The notes beneath the pieces are model-generated. The model did no database searches. It was not told the DNA's origin and worked only from the letters and a program-made list of their open reading frames with translations. Source: Octopus vulgaris (taxonomy: Eukaryota). Taken from it: a stretch of DNA of 64,000 nucleotides. The DNA lies in contig OX597820.1 of assembly GCA_951406725.2 (NCBI GenBank), positions 120,652,001-120,716,000 of the forward strand, given 5' to 3'. The position numbers were made by a program, and so were the translations under genes. Numbering within the stretch: position 1 is the stretch's first letter; each line of letters starts with the position of its first letter. Below are positions 1 through 12,446 of the stretch, in pieces.

Positions 1-1637
1 ACCAATTCGCACGTAACAAGGGAGACAACTTTTAAAGATAGGTGAAAAATCACAGCTAATTATTAATTTAGAAAATTTAAACCTCGTGCTTAAGAGAATA
101 TCTGATATTTGTTAGAGAAGATGGTGGTACTATAATATTTCAATATTGTGGTAGCTGTAATAGCAAGAATATAACAAGAACGTATTTGATCAAGAAACCT
201 TTTTTTACATTTCTTGCACGTTCTATTATCATTTTAACCACGCAGATTAAGCACGATAAACACTTGTAGCGAAATGATTTAACGGCAATAATCCAATCCT
301 GATAAAATGACATTTGAATACAATAAATGACATACTCTAAAACTTATTGATATAACAACTTCCTTTGACCAATAACAAATGTGAAAAGAAAATCCTAGCT
401 GCATTCGTACAATTTTCGTAGGAAACCCGGGAGAAGCCTTCTGTAGATTTACTTCTCTTTCACAAAACAAATTCTGAAGCTTTGCTGGTAACGTAAACTG
501 CGTTAGCGGGACGGACTTCTTTCTATCTTGTCAGACTCCATTTCATATGTTATAAGCTGTTGACATTACAACTCACAAGAAAACTAACTGATATTCATAG
601 AAACAAAATCAGTAGCATTCGCAAAATAATTATTAAGATATAAAAGAAAACAGTGGCATACTTGCCGTGATAGAATATCAAATATCATGCTTCGATATAA
701 AAGAGAATGCAGTCAGCTATCTACCAGAGGCAAAAATGATTCGAATGAAGAATCATTTCTCCTTTGTTGTTTATTTCTTTGAAAACTAATGTCAATATGG
801 CTACATGACCTTTAAGGTATATTCAGGTATTTGGAATCTCAAGCAAATTTCTTATGGAAGAAGAGTATTAGACGTTTGAAGTAGAAATCCATCATTTAAC
901 AGTAAACAAGAGTTTTTAATCTATAGAATCATTAATCATTAATCAATAGAATCATTCGAATCTTCAATGATTTCTTGTAACCGACGCTAAATGACGTCAT
1001 ATTTTGTAGTTTGTATTTTGAAGGGAGCTCCCAGTGGCGCGAACTAGCCATATCCTTATGGTGTGGACATTGAGGAGTTCTTTCCAGTTGTGTGCCATTA
1101 AAATAACATCCGGTCGTTTGATATTTCTTTTCACAAAAGTAAGTTTCATGTTTTGAGAGGGTCGTTACGGCAAAAGTAATAAGCAAACTAGCGTAACGAC
1201 CCACCGGAGAAATAAAAAAAAAATTGTTTCATCACTCGAATGCACATCAAGGACCTTTCAAACGAAATACAAAATATTAGACAGGATTTTATCTCCTTGA
1301 AATGTTCACACAGTCTTGATGGGTTTATTTGCTCTACAGACGTGTCTCAGCTTTTTTCTGTGCGGTGTAGAAGTGTATGCATGTCTTATATGTTGTATGT
1401 GTTACTCTGTTGCGCGCTGGTGTGCAGGAGTGTGTCAATGCATATATATGTGTGTTATGTCACTCACTAATACCACTGTGTCATTACATCAAGAAGACTA
1501 TGTGATTCGTGTTATACACCGCTAATCACAATACGTTTCCTAGCAATGTTCTAACCTTTCGTATGAGGTTACACTTCTAGCTAGACGTGCAGTCACACTC
1601 CTCATATGTGTATGTTTGTATGTATATATATATATGT

Positions 1638-1697
<60 letters not shown>

Positions 1698-1732
1698 GTG
1701 TGTATGTGTGTGTGTGTGTGTAAAGATATATA

Positions 1733-1963
1733 TATTTCTTTATTGCTCACAAGGGGCTAAACATTCGGGGGACAAACAAGGATATACAAAGGGATTAAGT
1801 CGATTACTTCGACCCCAGTGCGAAACTGGTACTTTATTTATCGACCCCGAAAGGATGAAAGGCAAAATCGACCTTCGCGGAATTTGAACTCAGAACGTAA
1901 CGTCAGACGAAATACCGCTAAGCATTTCGCCCGGCGCGCTTACATGTCTGCCAGCTAACCGCC
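1733..1963 (-). mobile_element. tRNA-derived SINE, family A (Nin/Deu-domain-like), full length
   Basis: Reverse complement matches the ~230-bp element at 10883, 23029, 39347 and 63193: head GGCGG..AGCTGGCAGA, B-box-like GAGTTCAAATTCC, central GTCGA(C/T)TTTGCCTTTCATCCTTTCGGGGTCGATAAA resembling the Deu/Nin domain. Confidence 0.85.
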
Positions 1964-2028
1964 TTATGTATAAATGTATATGTATACACATATACATCCA
2001 TACATGCATACACACACGCACGCACACA

Positions 2029-2064
<36 letters not shown>

Positions 2065-2066
<2 letters not shown>

Positions 2067-2532
2067 CTGTAAATATATTATGTGACAATTATTCGGTAGC
2101 CATGAAAAACTCCTAGTTTCGGATGTCGGAGCGGAAATTCACGCCTTCATCTCTTCAGTTATCGGGTCATGGGAAAAATGCCAGAAATCGGTTGAGGACT
2201 CTGCCCCGCAGAAGAATTCAATATAGACGCCTACTACATCGATTATTCCATGAAAAACATATCTGTACAATCAAGGAAACTATATATACTCTAAGAAACT
2301 GTTGGAGAAAATTACAGACCGTATTAAGCGCATGAGATGGAAATATTTCAAGGCTTTTTTTCGATGGTCCGATAACTGATGAGATGGCGGCATGGTTTCC
2401 GCCCTGACATCCGAAACGCGGAGTTTTATCATAGCTACCGAATAATTGTCACATATTATATTTATAGATAAATTCCTCTATTTACGTAATATCGAGGTCT
2501 CTTTCATTCTTTTGTTGCCTTACCATTTCTAT

Positions 2533-2535
<3 letters not shown>
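2065..2535. mobile_element. Penelope-like element remnant with inverted pseudo-LTRs
   Basis: ~100-bp inverted arms (2065-2165 / 2369-2469), each with a CTGANGA...GAAAC motif. The spacer (2241-2349) encodes frameshifted DYSMKNISVQS..Y/SKKLLEKITDRIKRMRWKYF, resembling a Penelope ORF N-terminus. Same family at 38503-38766. Confidence 0.7.
2371..2430 (+). ncRNA. Minimal type I hammerhead ribozyme-like motif
   Basis: GATAA-CTGATGA-[GATG..CATC]C-GAAAC-GCGGA-GTT-TTATC: stem I GATAA/TTATC, intact core, 2-bp stem III, GUU triplet; stem II closure slightly imperfect. Confidence 0.55.
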
Positions 2536-2581
<46 letters not shown>

Positions 2582-2697
2582 AGAGAGAGAGAGAAGTGGT
2601 TGTATACTGTCAACTTAACGTGACAGTAGGGGATTACACCACCGCTGTTTAACCCTAGAGAAGCATCGACGCTTCTTGTCGGCTTCGACACATTTCG

Positions 2698-2745
<48 letters not shown>

Positions 2746-3519
2746 CAGAAGTAACAGAGAAACTCAAGGTCCGAGAGGTTGTTGATGTTGGTACGCGTCT
2801 ACATAAGAAACATACCTATAAACATAAATTTGTGCTTGTGTGTGTGTGTGTGTGCGTGCGTGCGTGTGTGTGCGTGCGTGCGTGTGTGTGCGCGCGCATG
2901 TGGAGGTTGTTTATGATACTATTTAAAGCAAAAGAAAAACAAAACCAAGGCAGCATAGGCTGATCATATCATCTAAATTATTTTAATCATTAAAATTGTC
3001 AATGGAACTAAACAAAAGTATACAATGAAATCTTACAGCTGTTTCTGCCGTATCCCAGATAATTGCTACTTAAACTCTCTTTTTCTCTATTTATAAAAGA
3101 TTGATTCTTGTTTTTCCACTAGACCTGATAAACTAGTCTTAAACCCCCTCCCCCAGCAGGAAATCTAAATAACAAAGTAAAATCAATGATAAGCATTGTC
3201 TTCATGAAAAAATATCAGTTACTACTATGTTTTTGTTGATGAAACATGTTCTCTGTCTACCGGTTAATGGAATAACTATTAAAATGAATCTTTTAAATGT
3301 AACTAAATTCTATATTTTTATGCAGCTGAGAATTGCTCTACATTTTAAAACTGATGTAATACTTGCATTGTTCAATTAAATGGAGTCGCATGAAGCGATC
3401 GTACTGCATTACCTCTGGATAGACTTGTGGCTTATTTTGGATAATACCATACTAAATTATATGGATAATACCATACTAAATTCTGGTGCTTTTAACTTAA
3501 GCACCATATTCAACTGAAT

Positions 3520-3561
<42 letters not shown>

Positions 3562-4682
3562 CGTAGTATACGCATATTCTACGATGGATATTGGCTAACG
3601 GGGACTTCCGTTTCCACTTGACAATGTAGTGAATTAATCGAACAATACCGATTTTGGTTAATATGTGGCCATATATAGATTTTAGTTGCTTATTCTTCAT
3701 GGGGCATTCGGCAATTCAGTAAAAAAATACGAACAGTTGACCAACCATCTTATATACTCCTTCATTTAAATTCTCATTTTAATTGCACCTTTAATTTATA
3801 AATGTATATGAATGTTTTGAAAATGTATATGGAATTATGTATACAGTTACTGAACGAAAATGTAGAAAGTGAGATTAGTAAAAAGAAAAATTAAAGAAGG
3901 AAATATGTCACCCACCATCCGAGTTTCTACACACATATTAAAAAATAGCAATCGAGAAGTTTGAAGGGAGGGATAGATTGCACAGTGGTTCGGCAAATGT
4001 GAACTAGGAGAAAATTCCCGACAAATCAGAAGTTTTCTACTCCGAAATGTTAAGATTTCGAAAGAATAATTTTAGTGAGATACAATAATCCAAGGTTATG
4101 TGATAGTCATGGTGAGAAGTTTTTGATCATAATCACTTCTCATAAGTCTGGTCAAAGGCTGAACAAATGATCAGCAAAAATGAACTTTAGAGTAACCTTC
4201 AACTAAATTAGTGAATAATTTATAGTTCTATTCCAGTAAGGAAACTTGGTGGACAACAAATATTATTTTACGGATATATCTGTAATCTATTAATATAAGA
4301 GTGTGACGCGTGCCAATCACCTGGGAAGTATCGTGACATCATATAAGTTAACATATTCGGAAACGCTATAGTATAAAACATCGAAATATGATTGGATGCA
4401 AAAAGCATTACAAAACGATAGTTCAGTTATTCATTTAATTTTCATGAAATGAAACACCCCTTAGTAACATGTTAAACGACGTCATATTTGTATGTGTGGA
4501 GTATACATTGCGTTAATTGAAAAAAAAAAGAACGGAATCCATGTGAACACTCATCGACTTACCGTAGGAAATTTGCAAAATCCTGAATGGCAGATTCAAA
4601 TGGATTTGAAAATAAATAAAAAATTGTATATATATATATATATATATATATTAGATAAAACCACTATTAGGCAAATCATATT

Positions 4683-4718
<36 letters not shown>

Positions 4719-5299
4719 TGTTAGCCACAAATATGAAGTTGCGTTTCAATACCCACTAAATATTGTTTTACGTATTTTGTTATATTGAAATAGCAAACGT
4801 TCATTCTTTTTTCTCAATTCGTATAACTTTTAGGTTATATGCATGCTATGCAGATGGCAAAAAATATACGGTATACCAACCTCACACAGAATGACAGATT
4901 GTCAGTGAAGTGAAAGCTAGCACGAAAATAATAGGAAAAGGGAATATGTTACAAAGAAAACACGGCTACAAAGTAATATTTCGAAATATGTAAAATAAAT
5001 CTAATTAGCATAATAATGGAAACGGAAGAAAATAAATCATTTTCGTCAAAATATATTGAAACACAAAAGTATAACTAACTACGCTAATGGAAACACAAAT
5101 AAAGAAAAAAAAACATAAAATGTTTCGGTTTTAAAATTCCAGAACCAAAATAATCGGTAATGAACTTTTTAGAGTAATTTTTTAACAAGCAATTTTCAAT
5201 TTCTAATAAATCGCTATGATTAAGTATCCATTTGTTTTTCCGAGCAGGGAAAGTTATGGCATAAATTAAAATTCTTGAATCTCTAGGATATAAAAAAAA

Positions 5300-5311
5300 G
5301 ATAACAATAAC

Positions 5312-5361
<50 letters not shown>

Positions 5362-5731
5362 GACTTGCTAATAGAAATTGAAAAAATATGGCATCTCAAG
5401 CCGACTACAGTACCAGTGATTGTAGGATCTCTAGGAATGATAAAAAAAGGTACTGAAACCTATTTGAAAATGATTCCAGGCTTACCATCTCTACAGGAAA
5501 TGCAAAAAATCGTATTAACTGGAACGGCTCATGTACTGAGAAGAGCATTATCGCTGTGAAAATAACACACATCCATGAATTTATTTATTTATTTATTTTT
5601 AAATACATATTTTATCTGTGAATTTGCGCGTGTAATCTGGGAATGCATGCAATGAGCTTCTCTGCCCTAGGTGTATGGAAAACACCCGGCGAGAAACGGA
5701 AGAAAATTTGAAGCAAGAAGGAAAAAGCATG

Positions 5732-5787
<56 letters not shown>
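5300..5787 (+). repeat. (TAA)n microsatellite split by a LINE insertion
   Basis: (AAT)n at ~5310-5360 and ~5732-5787 on either side of the R4/Dong fragment. Confidence 0.9.
5360..5732 (+). mobile_element. 5'-truncated R4/Dong-clade non-LTR retrotransposon (C-terminal REL endonuclease region plus 3' UTR)
   Basis: ORF 5365-5559 (D)LLIEIEKIWHLKPTTVPVIVGSLGMI...QKIVLTGTAHVLRR resembles the R4/Dong C-terminus; embedded in (TAA)n. Confidence 0.75.
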
Positions 5788-5788
<1 letters not shown>

Positions 5789-5924
5789 CATGACAAAATC
5801 AACAGGAAACAGAACGATTAAAGAAGTTGAGCAAAGTTTAGATGAGATGGAGGACTGAGAGCCATTTGAATATTGGAAAAGAGTCACCTGTATCATGAGG
5901 ATTCGCGTCAGGCACCCATTGACT

Positions 5925-6227
5925 GGTAACGTGGTTGCTGCTCAAAGGTGTGTTTCATATGCACAAAGCTTCTCCACGACGATATTCTTTCCGTGAGATC
6001 CAGATAGGATGACGTCATACCGCCACAATTCTGTGACCAAATCCTTAGGTCCAGTCCAAACAGCAACGTGAGCCTAATGGAGATTGTGGTCAAACCCTGG
6101 CAAGAGAAGATATATGTGACGCATATATATTCGTCTCGTTGCCACAAAAACCGAAGAAAGATATAATTGGTTGCCGGACAGTGTCTACCACTTCCCCTGC
6201 TCCAATTTCTGGCCTCCTAACTCCCCC

Positions 6228-6231
<4 letters not shown>
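5925..6231 (+). mobile_element. Decayed Tc1/mariner (DD37D/maT-like) transposase fragment
   Basis: Frameshifted DDVIPPQF...LMEIVVKPW...[23 protein letters not shown]; the WPPNSPDL motif runs straight into a (CT)n tract. Confidence 0.6.
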
Positions 6232-6825
<594 letters not shown>

Positions 6826-7605
6826 CATTACGTGTTAACGGCTACTTTCCCCAAACAAATTTAAGATTTAGTTATTATTTCTCGCACTCCCTGCTACCAC
6901 GTAACAGGTATTTCGGGTCCTTTATCGCAAGTAGCTGTTATGTGGTCGTAGTGTGTGCTAAAAATAGCAGTAAAATATTTGGAGGTGAAATATGTTGAAT
7001 GCTTTCGATAAAAAAAACCTTATTGACAAAAATATCTTCCACACTGAGGTTAAAAAAAACAGGACTTCTACGAAATACTTACCGTATTTTTAATGTCATG
7101 TTCACTTGAGAATATCTTTTAAATATGCCAAAACAATTTTTGTTAATGATATTCGCTTGAAAATTAATTAAAAATCATAAAAAATATTGCCTGTTTTAAG
7201 AAAGCGAAAATATGATACTTGCTTTACAAGCAAATTACATATTTGAAATCAGATTCACTTAAAAATATTTCTAAATTATTAGAATACGTTTAATAAAACC
7301 GAAAATAGAAACATTTACCGTAGAAAAACAAACCGTATTTTTTCATTGTCAAGTCACTGTGTCTAATCGAAAGGCAATAGTTTCTTCCTTTCAGGATGAA
7401 GATTATTTTCTGAATATTTTCCCATTATGCACAGTTTTGGATACTTATATCCCGAAAACCTCTAATACCTCGAAAACCACTTTACCGATTTACGCGAAAT
7501 TTGTTTAATTTCGTTCGTACTAACATAGTATTTTCCCATTATGCACCAATGCACCAGTTTGGCTGAGTTATATTGCAAGCAAGTAAGATACAATCTGACA
7601 TTTAA

Positions 7606-7893
7606 TAGTGGTTAGGGCAGCGGACTCGCGGTCGTAGGATCGCAGTTTCGATTCCCAGCCCGAGCGTTGAGTGTTAATGAGCGAAAACACCTAAAGCTCC
7701 ACAAAGGTCCAGCAGGGGGGGGATCCCTGCCGTACTCTTTCGCCACAAATTTCTCTCACTCTTTCTTCTGTTGGCCAGCTCGCTTAGCCAGCGGGGTGGC
7801 ATCATTTGAAGGCTAAAACAATGCAAAGCGCATTGTGACCAGCGATGTGTGGCAACATCTGATAGCCTGGTCAGTCACGGTGATCACGGTGAT
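7606..7893 (+). mobile_element. tRNA-derived SINE, family C
   Basis: Head with A-box-like TAGTGGTTAGG and B-box-like GTTTCGATTCC; no 3' acceptor strand. The 3' half recurs at ~47815-47965. Confidence 0.75.
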
Positions 7894-7942
7894 ATGTGTG
7901 TACGTATGCATGTATGTATGTATGTATGTATATATATATATG

Positions 7943-7993
<51 letters not shown>

Positions 7994-7996
<3 letters not shown>

Positions 7997-8934
7997 GTGT
8001 CAAAGGTGGTTTTAGAAATCCCAACCCGGAAACTACAGCCTAGAAGACGAACTCCGTTCCGGAAGAACTGTATGCCTCGACGAGAGCTTCCTGCAAACCG
8101 TGGTGGAAAATAATTCCATCGTAACTTCAGGAAATTGCAGTGATTCTTGGATTTGGTCATCCAACTAGTCATCGATAGCTGAGTGCCATCAGAAACGTCA
8201 GCAAATTGGATTAATGGTTTCCTCTCAAACATTGCAGAGTGCACGTGTGCTCTTCTTTGCTGTCACGTCTTACGAATGAATCATTTTTGAACAGAATAGT
8301 GACTGGTGACCAGAAATGGGTTCTCTATAAAAATGTCAATCGTCGAAGACAGTGTGTAGGGAAAGAAGAAATACCGACACCGCAGGCTAAAGAAGGTCTT
8401 CACACTTGTAAGGTGTTATTATCTGTTTGGGGGGAAATGAAATGTTTAGTCCAATTTGAACTTTTACACTTAAACCAAAGAACAACATAGGAGATCTACT
8501 GCTAGTGGCTTGAGCGGCTTATGTCAGCTTTAGAATATAAACGACCATCTTTGGTTTCAAGACGAAAGGTGCTCTTCTACCAGGACAATGCTAGGCCACA
8601 TATAGCGAGAATGAGCAGTTTGAATGGGAAACGATGCGCCACCCACCATATTCACCAGATCTTGCACCATCTGATTATCAATTTATTCCACGGCCTTGAA
8701 AATCATTTGGAGGGAAAAAATATGTAGACGAGGCCGGAACAGTATTGGAGGATTATTTTCTGTCACAGACAAGTGAAGTTTTGAAGAGTGGCCTTACAAG
8801 TCTACCAGATAGTGTGAAGAAGATTCTGGAAAGATCAAGGAGGGGATAATTAAGATTAAGAACGAACTTTGTTTATCTTAATTTTGAAACATGAAAGAAA
8901 TATAAAAAACCGCATTATTTATGGAATGACACGA
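7994..8934 (+). mobile_element. Mariner (DD34D) transposon, 5'-truncated, pseudogenised transposase
   Basis: FLNRIVTGDQKWVLY, KVLLSVW, FYQDNARPH and HPPYSPDLAPSDY motifs across frameshifts; probable right TIR ...CGCATTATTTATGGAATGACACGA followed by TA. Confidence 0.9.
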
Positions 8935-9620
8935 TATGCGTACACGTAAATTATATATACATACAAACATACGCACATCCATTCATACATAATGCATACA
9001 TATATGCCTGTAGATATATTTTTATGCAGCAGATAAATAAACGCATATATAATGATGGCGTGTCAGTTAGTATAATATCGTAATGCCATTCAATATATAT
9101 TCACTGGAGTGTTATACAAGTCGAGTTCCGTGTAGCCTTTGGTTTCGTTTCTCTCTTGTTTACGCTGATGATGATTTTTTACGTCTTGTTCTTACATTTG
9201 TTAGTGTTCTCGTTGTTTGGTGTTGGCGGTGGTGGTGGTGGTGGTGTTACTTTCTTGTTTCTTTCAACTTTCTGCACATATTATAAATGCAAACTAGCAG
9301 ATAATGTTTACTTTACGCAATTTTTGTCTTTATTTTTGCTTTGCCAATCGAGAAATGTTTAAACTGTCATCTCATATTATGTGCTTTGGATCGTTTTAAC
9401 GTTTTTATGTTATCTATTTTTCACATTTACCTATATCTTTCTTCAAGTTTTACTTTTTCAATCTTCTTTTCTTCTCTTTTCTTCATCTTGCTGTTAAATC
9501 TCGAAGACAGTTCATCGAGTGAAATATTGTTCCCATGAAGGATTGTAAACAGTATTCTCAAAAGAGTTCCAACTTACGTTTCCCTTTCAAAGTTATATCG
9601 CGACATTAAACGGTATTTTT

Positions 9621-10043
9621 GGATCTTTTCGGTTTGAACGGCAGTTTTTAACATAATTTCTAGGTAACTAAAAAATTTTAAACTTCGTATACTGGTAGAA
9701 TGTGTTTATAAAACATCTTTTTCTCTTGGCTTTATTGAGAAAATTCTATAGTTTAAAAGATATTTGTTTTTTTTCCTTCAATTTCTGTAATTTCTACCAA
9801 TCAATGACCTCTATTAAGGTAAAAATCATACTGTGCCGTATGAATATGTCCCTCGTTTAAGAAACAGATTGGGTTTATTTACATTTGTGAAGAAAGAAAG
9901 ATACCCTTCCCCACCCCTAACCCTAACTAACCCGAACCCTAAAAGAGATTGAAATGCAATATATCGATTCTAGGCTCATAATTATGGGTGACAATTTCAT
10001 ATGACACCGCTAGAAAAAACTGCCGTTCAAACCGAAAAGATCC
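9621..10043. mobile_element. Non-autonomous TIR DNA element (MITE-like), superfamily unresolved
   Basis: ~29-bp perfect TIR GGATCTTTTCGGTTTGAACGGCAGTTTTT / AAAAACTGCCGTTCAAACCGAAAAGATCC; internal CCCTAA-like repeats at ~9915-9942; no clean TSD. Confidence 0.8.
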
Positions 10044-10299
10044 TTATCTTTTTCTAGGTATTTATTGACTTTGGCATATTACTGGTATGATATTCGGGAA
10101 ATCTATAATGTGAATTGCATAAATTTGCACGGCTTTCGATTTATGTTTAATTGCATTTAATTAACAAAACGCGCATTTTTTTCCAGTTAACCTTTGGTTC
10201 CACGGATGAGGCTTAATCGAGACGAGTTCTCAACAGCATCGTCTGCTGCTATGAATATAACTGAAACCAAACGTTTTTTTTTTTGCGTTTATATATACA

Positions 10300-10669
10300 C
10301 TAGCAGTATCGCCCGGCGTTGCTCAGGTTTGTAAGGGAAATAACTATAAAGCATTTTTAGAGAGTTATAGCCAAAAAATAGCAAAAAAATGGGAAAAAAA
10401 TGAAGAGTAAAAAAAGGTTGAGTTGCGTCCCCTAGACAGTCTGTGGTTTGTTTTTTTTTATTCTCGACCCCATGTCGAATTTATCGATTTTTTTCAGAAC
10501 TGGGGGAACTTTTCAAAATTTTCGCTGCGTTAGTTTTGAATTATGACATTGGGCTATGTGTGTGTCAAGTTTCATCAGAATCGGTTGAAAGCCGTGGTCA
10601 GAGTGAGGGTACAAGCAAACAGACCCACAGAAACACGCACAGACAAACTGCCGTTTATATAGAGAGTGA
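10300..10669 (-). mobile_element. Non-autonomous Helitron-like element
   Basis: On the minus strand it starts TC(ACTCTCTATATAAA), ends CTAG after a GC-rich hairpin-like CCTGAGCAACGCCGGG, and sits between A and T with no TSD. Confidence 0.7.
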
Positions 10670-10882
10670 TGGACATGTTTTCCTGCCAGTGTACCACGAA
10701 GTATATTTCTATTTGCTTATATATTTTGGGAGCGGATTGTTAATATCTCTGATCTTTTACTAGTTTCAGCCAATGACTTGCAAAGTTATTCTGTCTACCA
10801 CATATGCAACTGGACACTTTTGAAAATTGCTAAGATACGCGGACACCGGTCGTCGAATGATGGTGCGGGACAAAAAACAAAA

Positions 10883-11112
10883 GCGGCGAGCTGACAAAAT
10901 CGTTAGCACGCCGGGCGAAATGCTTAGCAGTATTTCGTCTGCCGCTACGTTCTGAGTTCAAATTCCGCCGAGGTTGACATTGCCTTTCATCTTTTCGGGG
11001 TCGATTAAATAAGTACCTGTTCCGCACTGGGGTCGTTGAAATCGACTTAATCCGTTTGTCTGTCCTTGTTTGTCCTCTCCGTCTTTAGCCCCTTCTGGGT
11101 AGTAAAGAAATA
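10883..11112 (+). mobile_element. SINE family A, full length, with 20-bp TSD
   Basis: TSD GGTGCGGGACAAAAAACAAA at 10862-10881 and 11113-11132. Confidence 0.92.
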
Positions 11113-11224
11113 GGTGCGGGACAAAAAACAAAGACTACATGCTTACACTCACATACACACACACACAAACACACACACACACACACACAAGCACACACAC
11201 ACAAATACAAGCACACACACACAG

Positions 11225-11255
<31 letters not shown>

Positions 11256-11767
11256 CATAGAGATACATAAATGCATGTGCGCGTGCGTGACTATTTACGT
11301 ATCCGCCTTAAAAAGCTAAAGTTCGGGTGCCAAGCAAGGCTATCGAACCCGGAAATATGTGGTTGGGAAGGAAGCGTCTTACCAGACATCCACTTCTCTA
11401 CCTACAAGTATGTATACATACACATACATAGGTACGTACATACATACATACAAATGTTACATACGTAAACACATGTCTGTGTGTGTATGTATATGTGTAT
11501 ATGCATGTACGTGTGTAGGAAAATTCTTCCATTTATTTGTTTATGCGTAATATGCACGTATGCTTATTTTCCCCATTAATGATTTATTTTATCACTCTTG
11601 TTGTCTGGTTCATATATATATATATATATATTAATTTTGAAATTAAATCAGCAGTTTATATTTACTGCTGAGAAGACCGCACGATTGCGGTAGATTTTCA
11701 AAATTTATAGCTTATAGACTGGAAGCTTCCTTACCAACACCTCATGGATATATACTCGTCCTTGGCT

Positions 11768-11848
11768 TCTCTGCTGACGAGGCACGCCAGTTGTAAATAA
11801 ATTTAATTTGTTTACCAAAGTTTGCGGAAACTATGCATAGTCCAGAGA
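11768..11848 (+). ncRNA. Type I hammerhead ribozyme-like motif
   Basis: Stem I TCTCTG/CAGAGA, CTGACGA (11774-11780), GAAA (11827-11830), palindromic stem III ACTATGCATAGT, GUC triplet (C11842); stem II GCA/TGC with a G-G closing mismatch. Confidence 0.6.
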
Positions 11849-12338
11849 TGAAAGGGGTAAACGTTTTTATTTCTCTTTCAATTTCAGAATTACAACTTTT
11901 AGCGGTTTGAGTTTGGCTGCTCTTTCTAGTGAGTCGAAAGTCCTATTATGGCCATTCCTTATATTTTTAAATATATATATATATATTATGCAGCCATGCT
12001 GGAGCAGCGCATGAAAGGTGTTTTCTCCTTTGCAGTCGAATATATAAACCCTGTCATCGCTATTGCAATCAATGTTAATCATATATATAACCTTTAATTT
12101 CATCCTTTCTTCTTTGAATGAGGGAAAACTATATCGTACATTCCCCTACGACTGCTTTCTCCTTTATTCTATCTTTTTCTCTCTTTCTTCTCCGCTTACA
12201 TCCTTCCCTTATTCTACTCCCTATAACGAGTTCATTAACATAAGCTTAGTAATAGCTTCCGCTAGTAACCCCTCCCACATCAGCCGCAACACTATGGTCT
12301 ATTTTTGTGAAGTTTTGTTTTTTGAATTTTTTTCTTTA

Positions 12339-12421
12339 TTCACCTGAAGAAAACAGTTCTTTTGCTTCATGCAACCTTTTTGTGCGTCAATAGAAAACAG
12401 TTCTGAAACAGCTGTAGTGAA
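12339..12421 (+). ncRNA. Minimal type I hammerhead ribozyme-like motif
   Basis: Stem I TTCAC/GTGAA, CTGAAGA (12344-12350), GAAA (12405-12408), palindromic ACAGCTGT, GUA triplet; stem II only partly paired. Confidence 0.55.
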
Positions 12422-12446
12422 CTGCAACATATCTATATATATAGAT

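Noticed and set aside
3438-3482. 24-bp tandem duplication
   Set aside because: Ordinary local slippage with no associated structure.
7606-7675. tRNA gene
   Set aside because: A and B boxes are present but there is no acceptor stem or terminator, and it continues into a body repeated at 47815, so it is a SINE head.
8239-8727. SETMAR-like host gene
   Set aside because: Only a frameshifted mariner transposase with a TIR; no SET domain.
9915-9942. Interstitial telomere or fusion scar
   Set aside because: Only about four degenerate units, internal to a TIR element.
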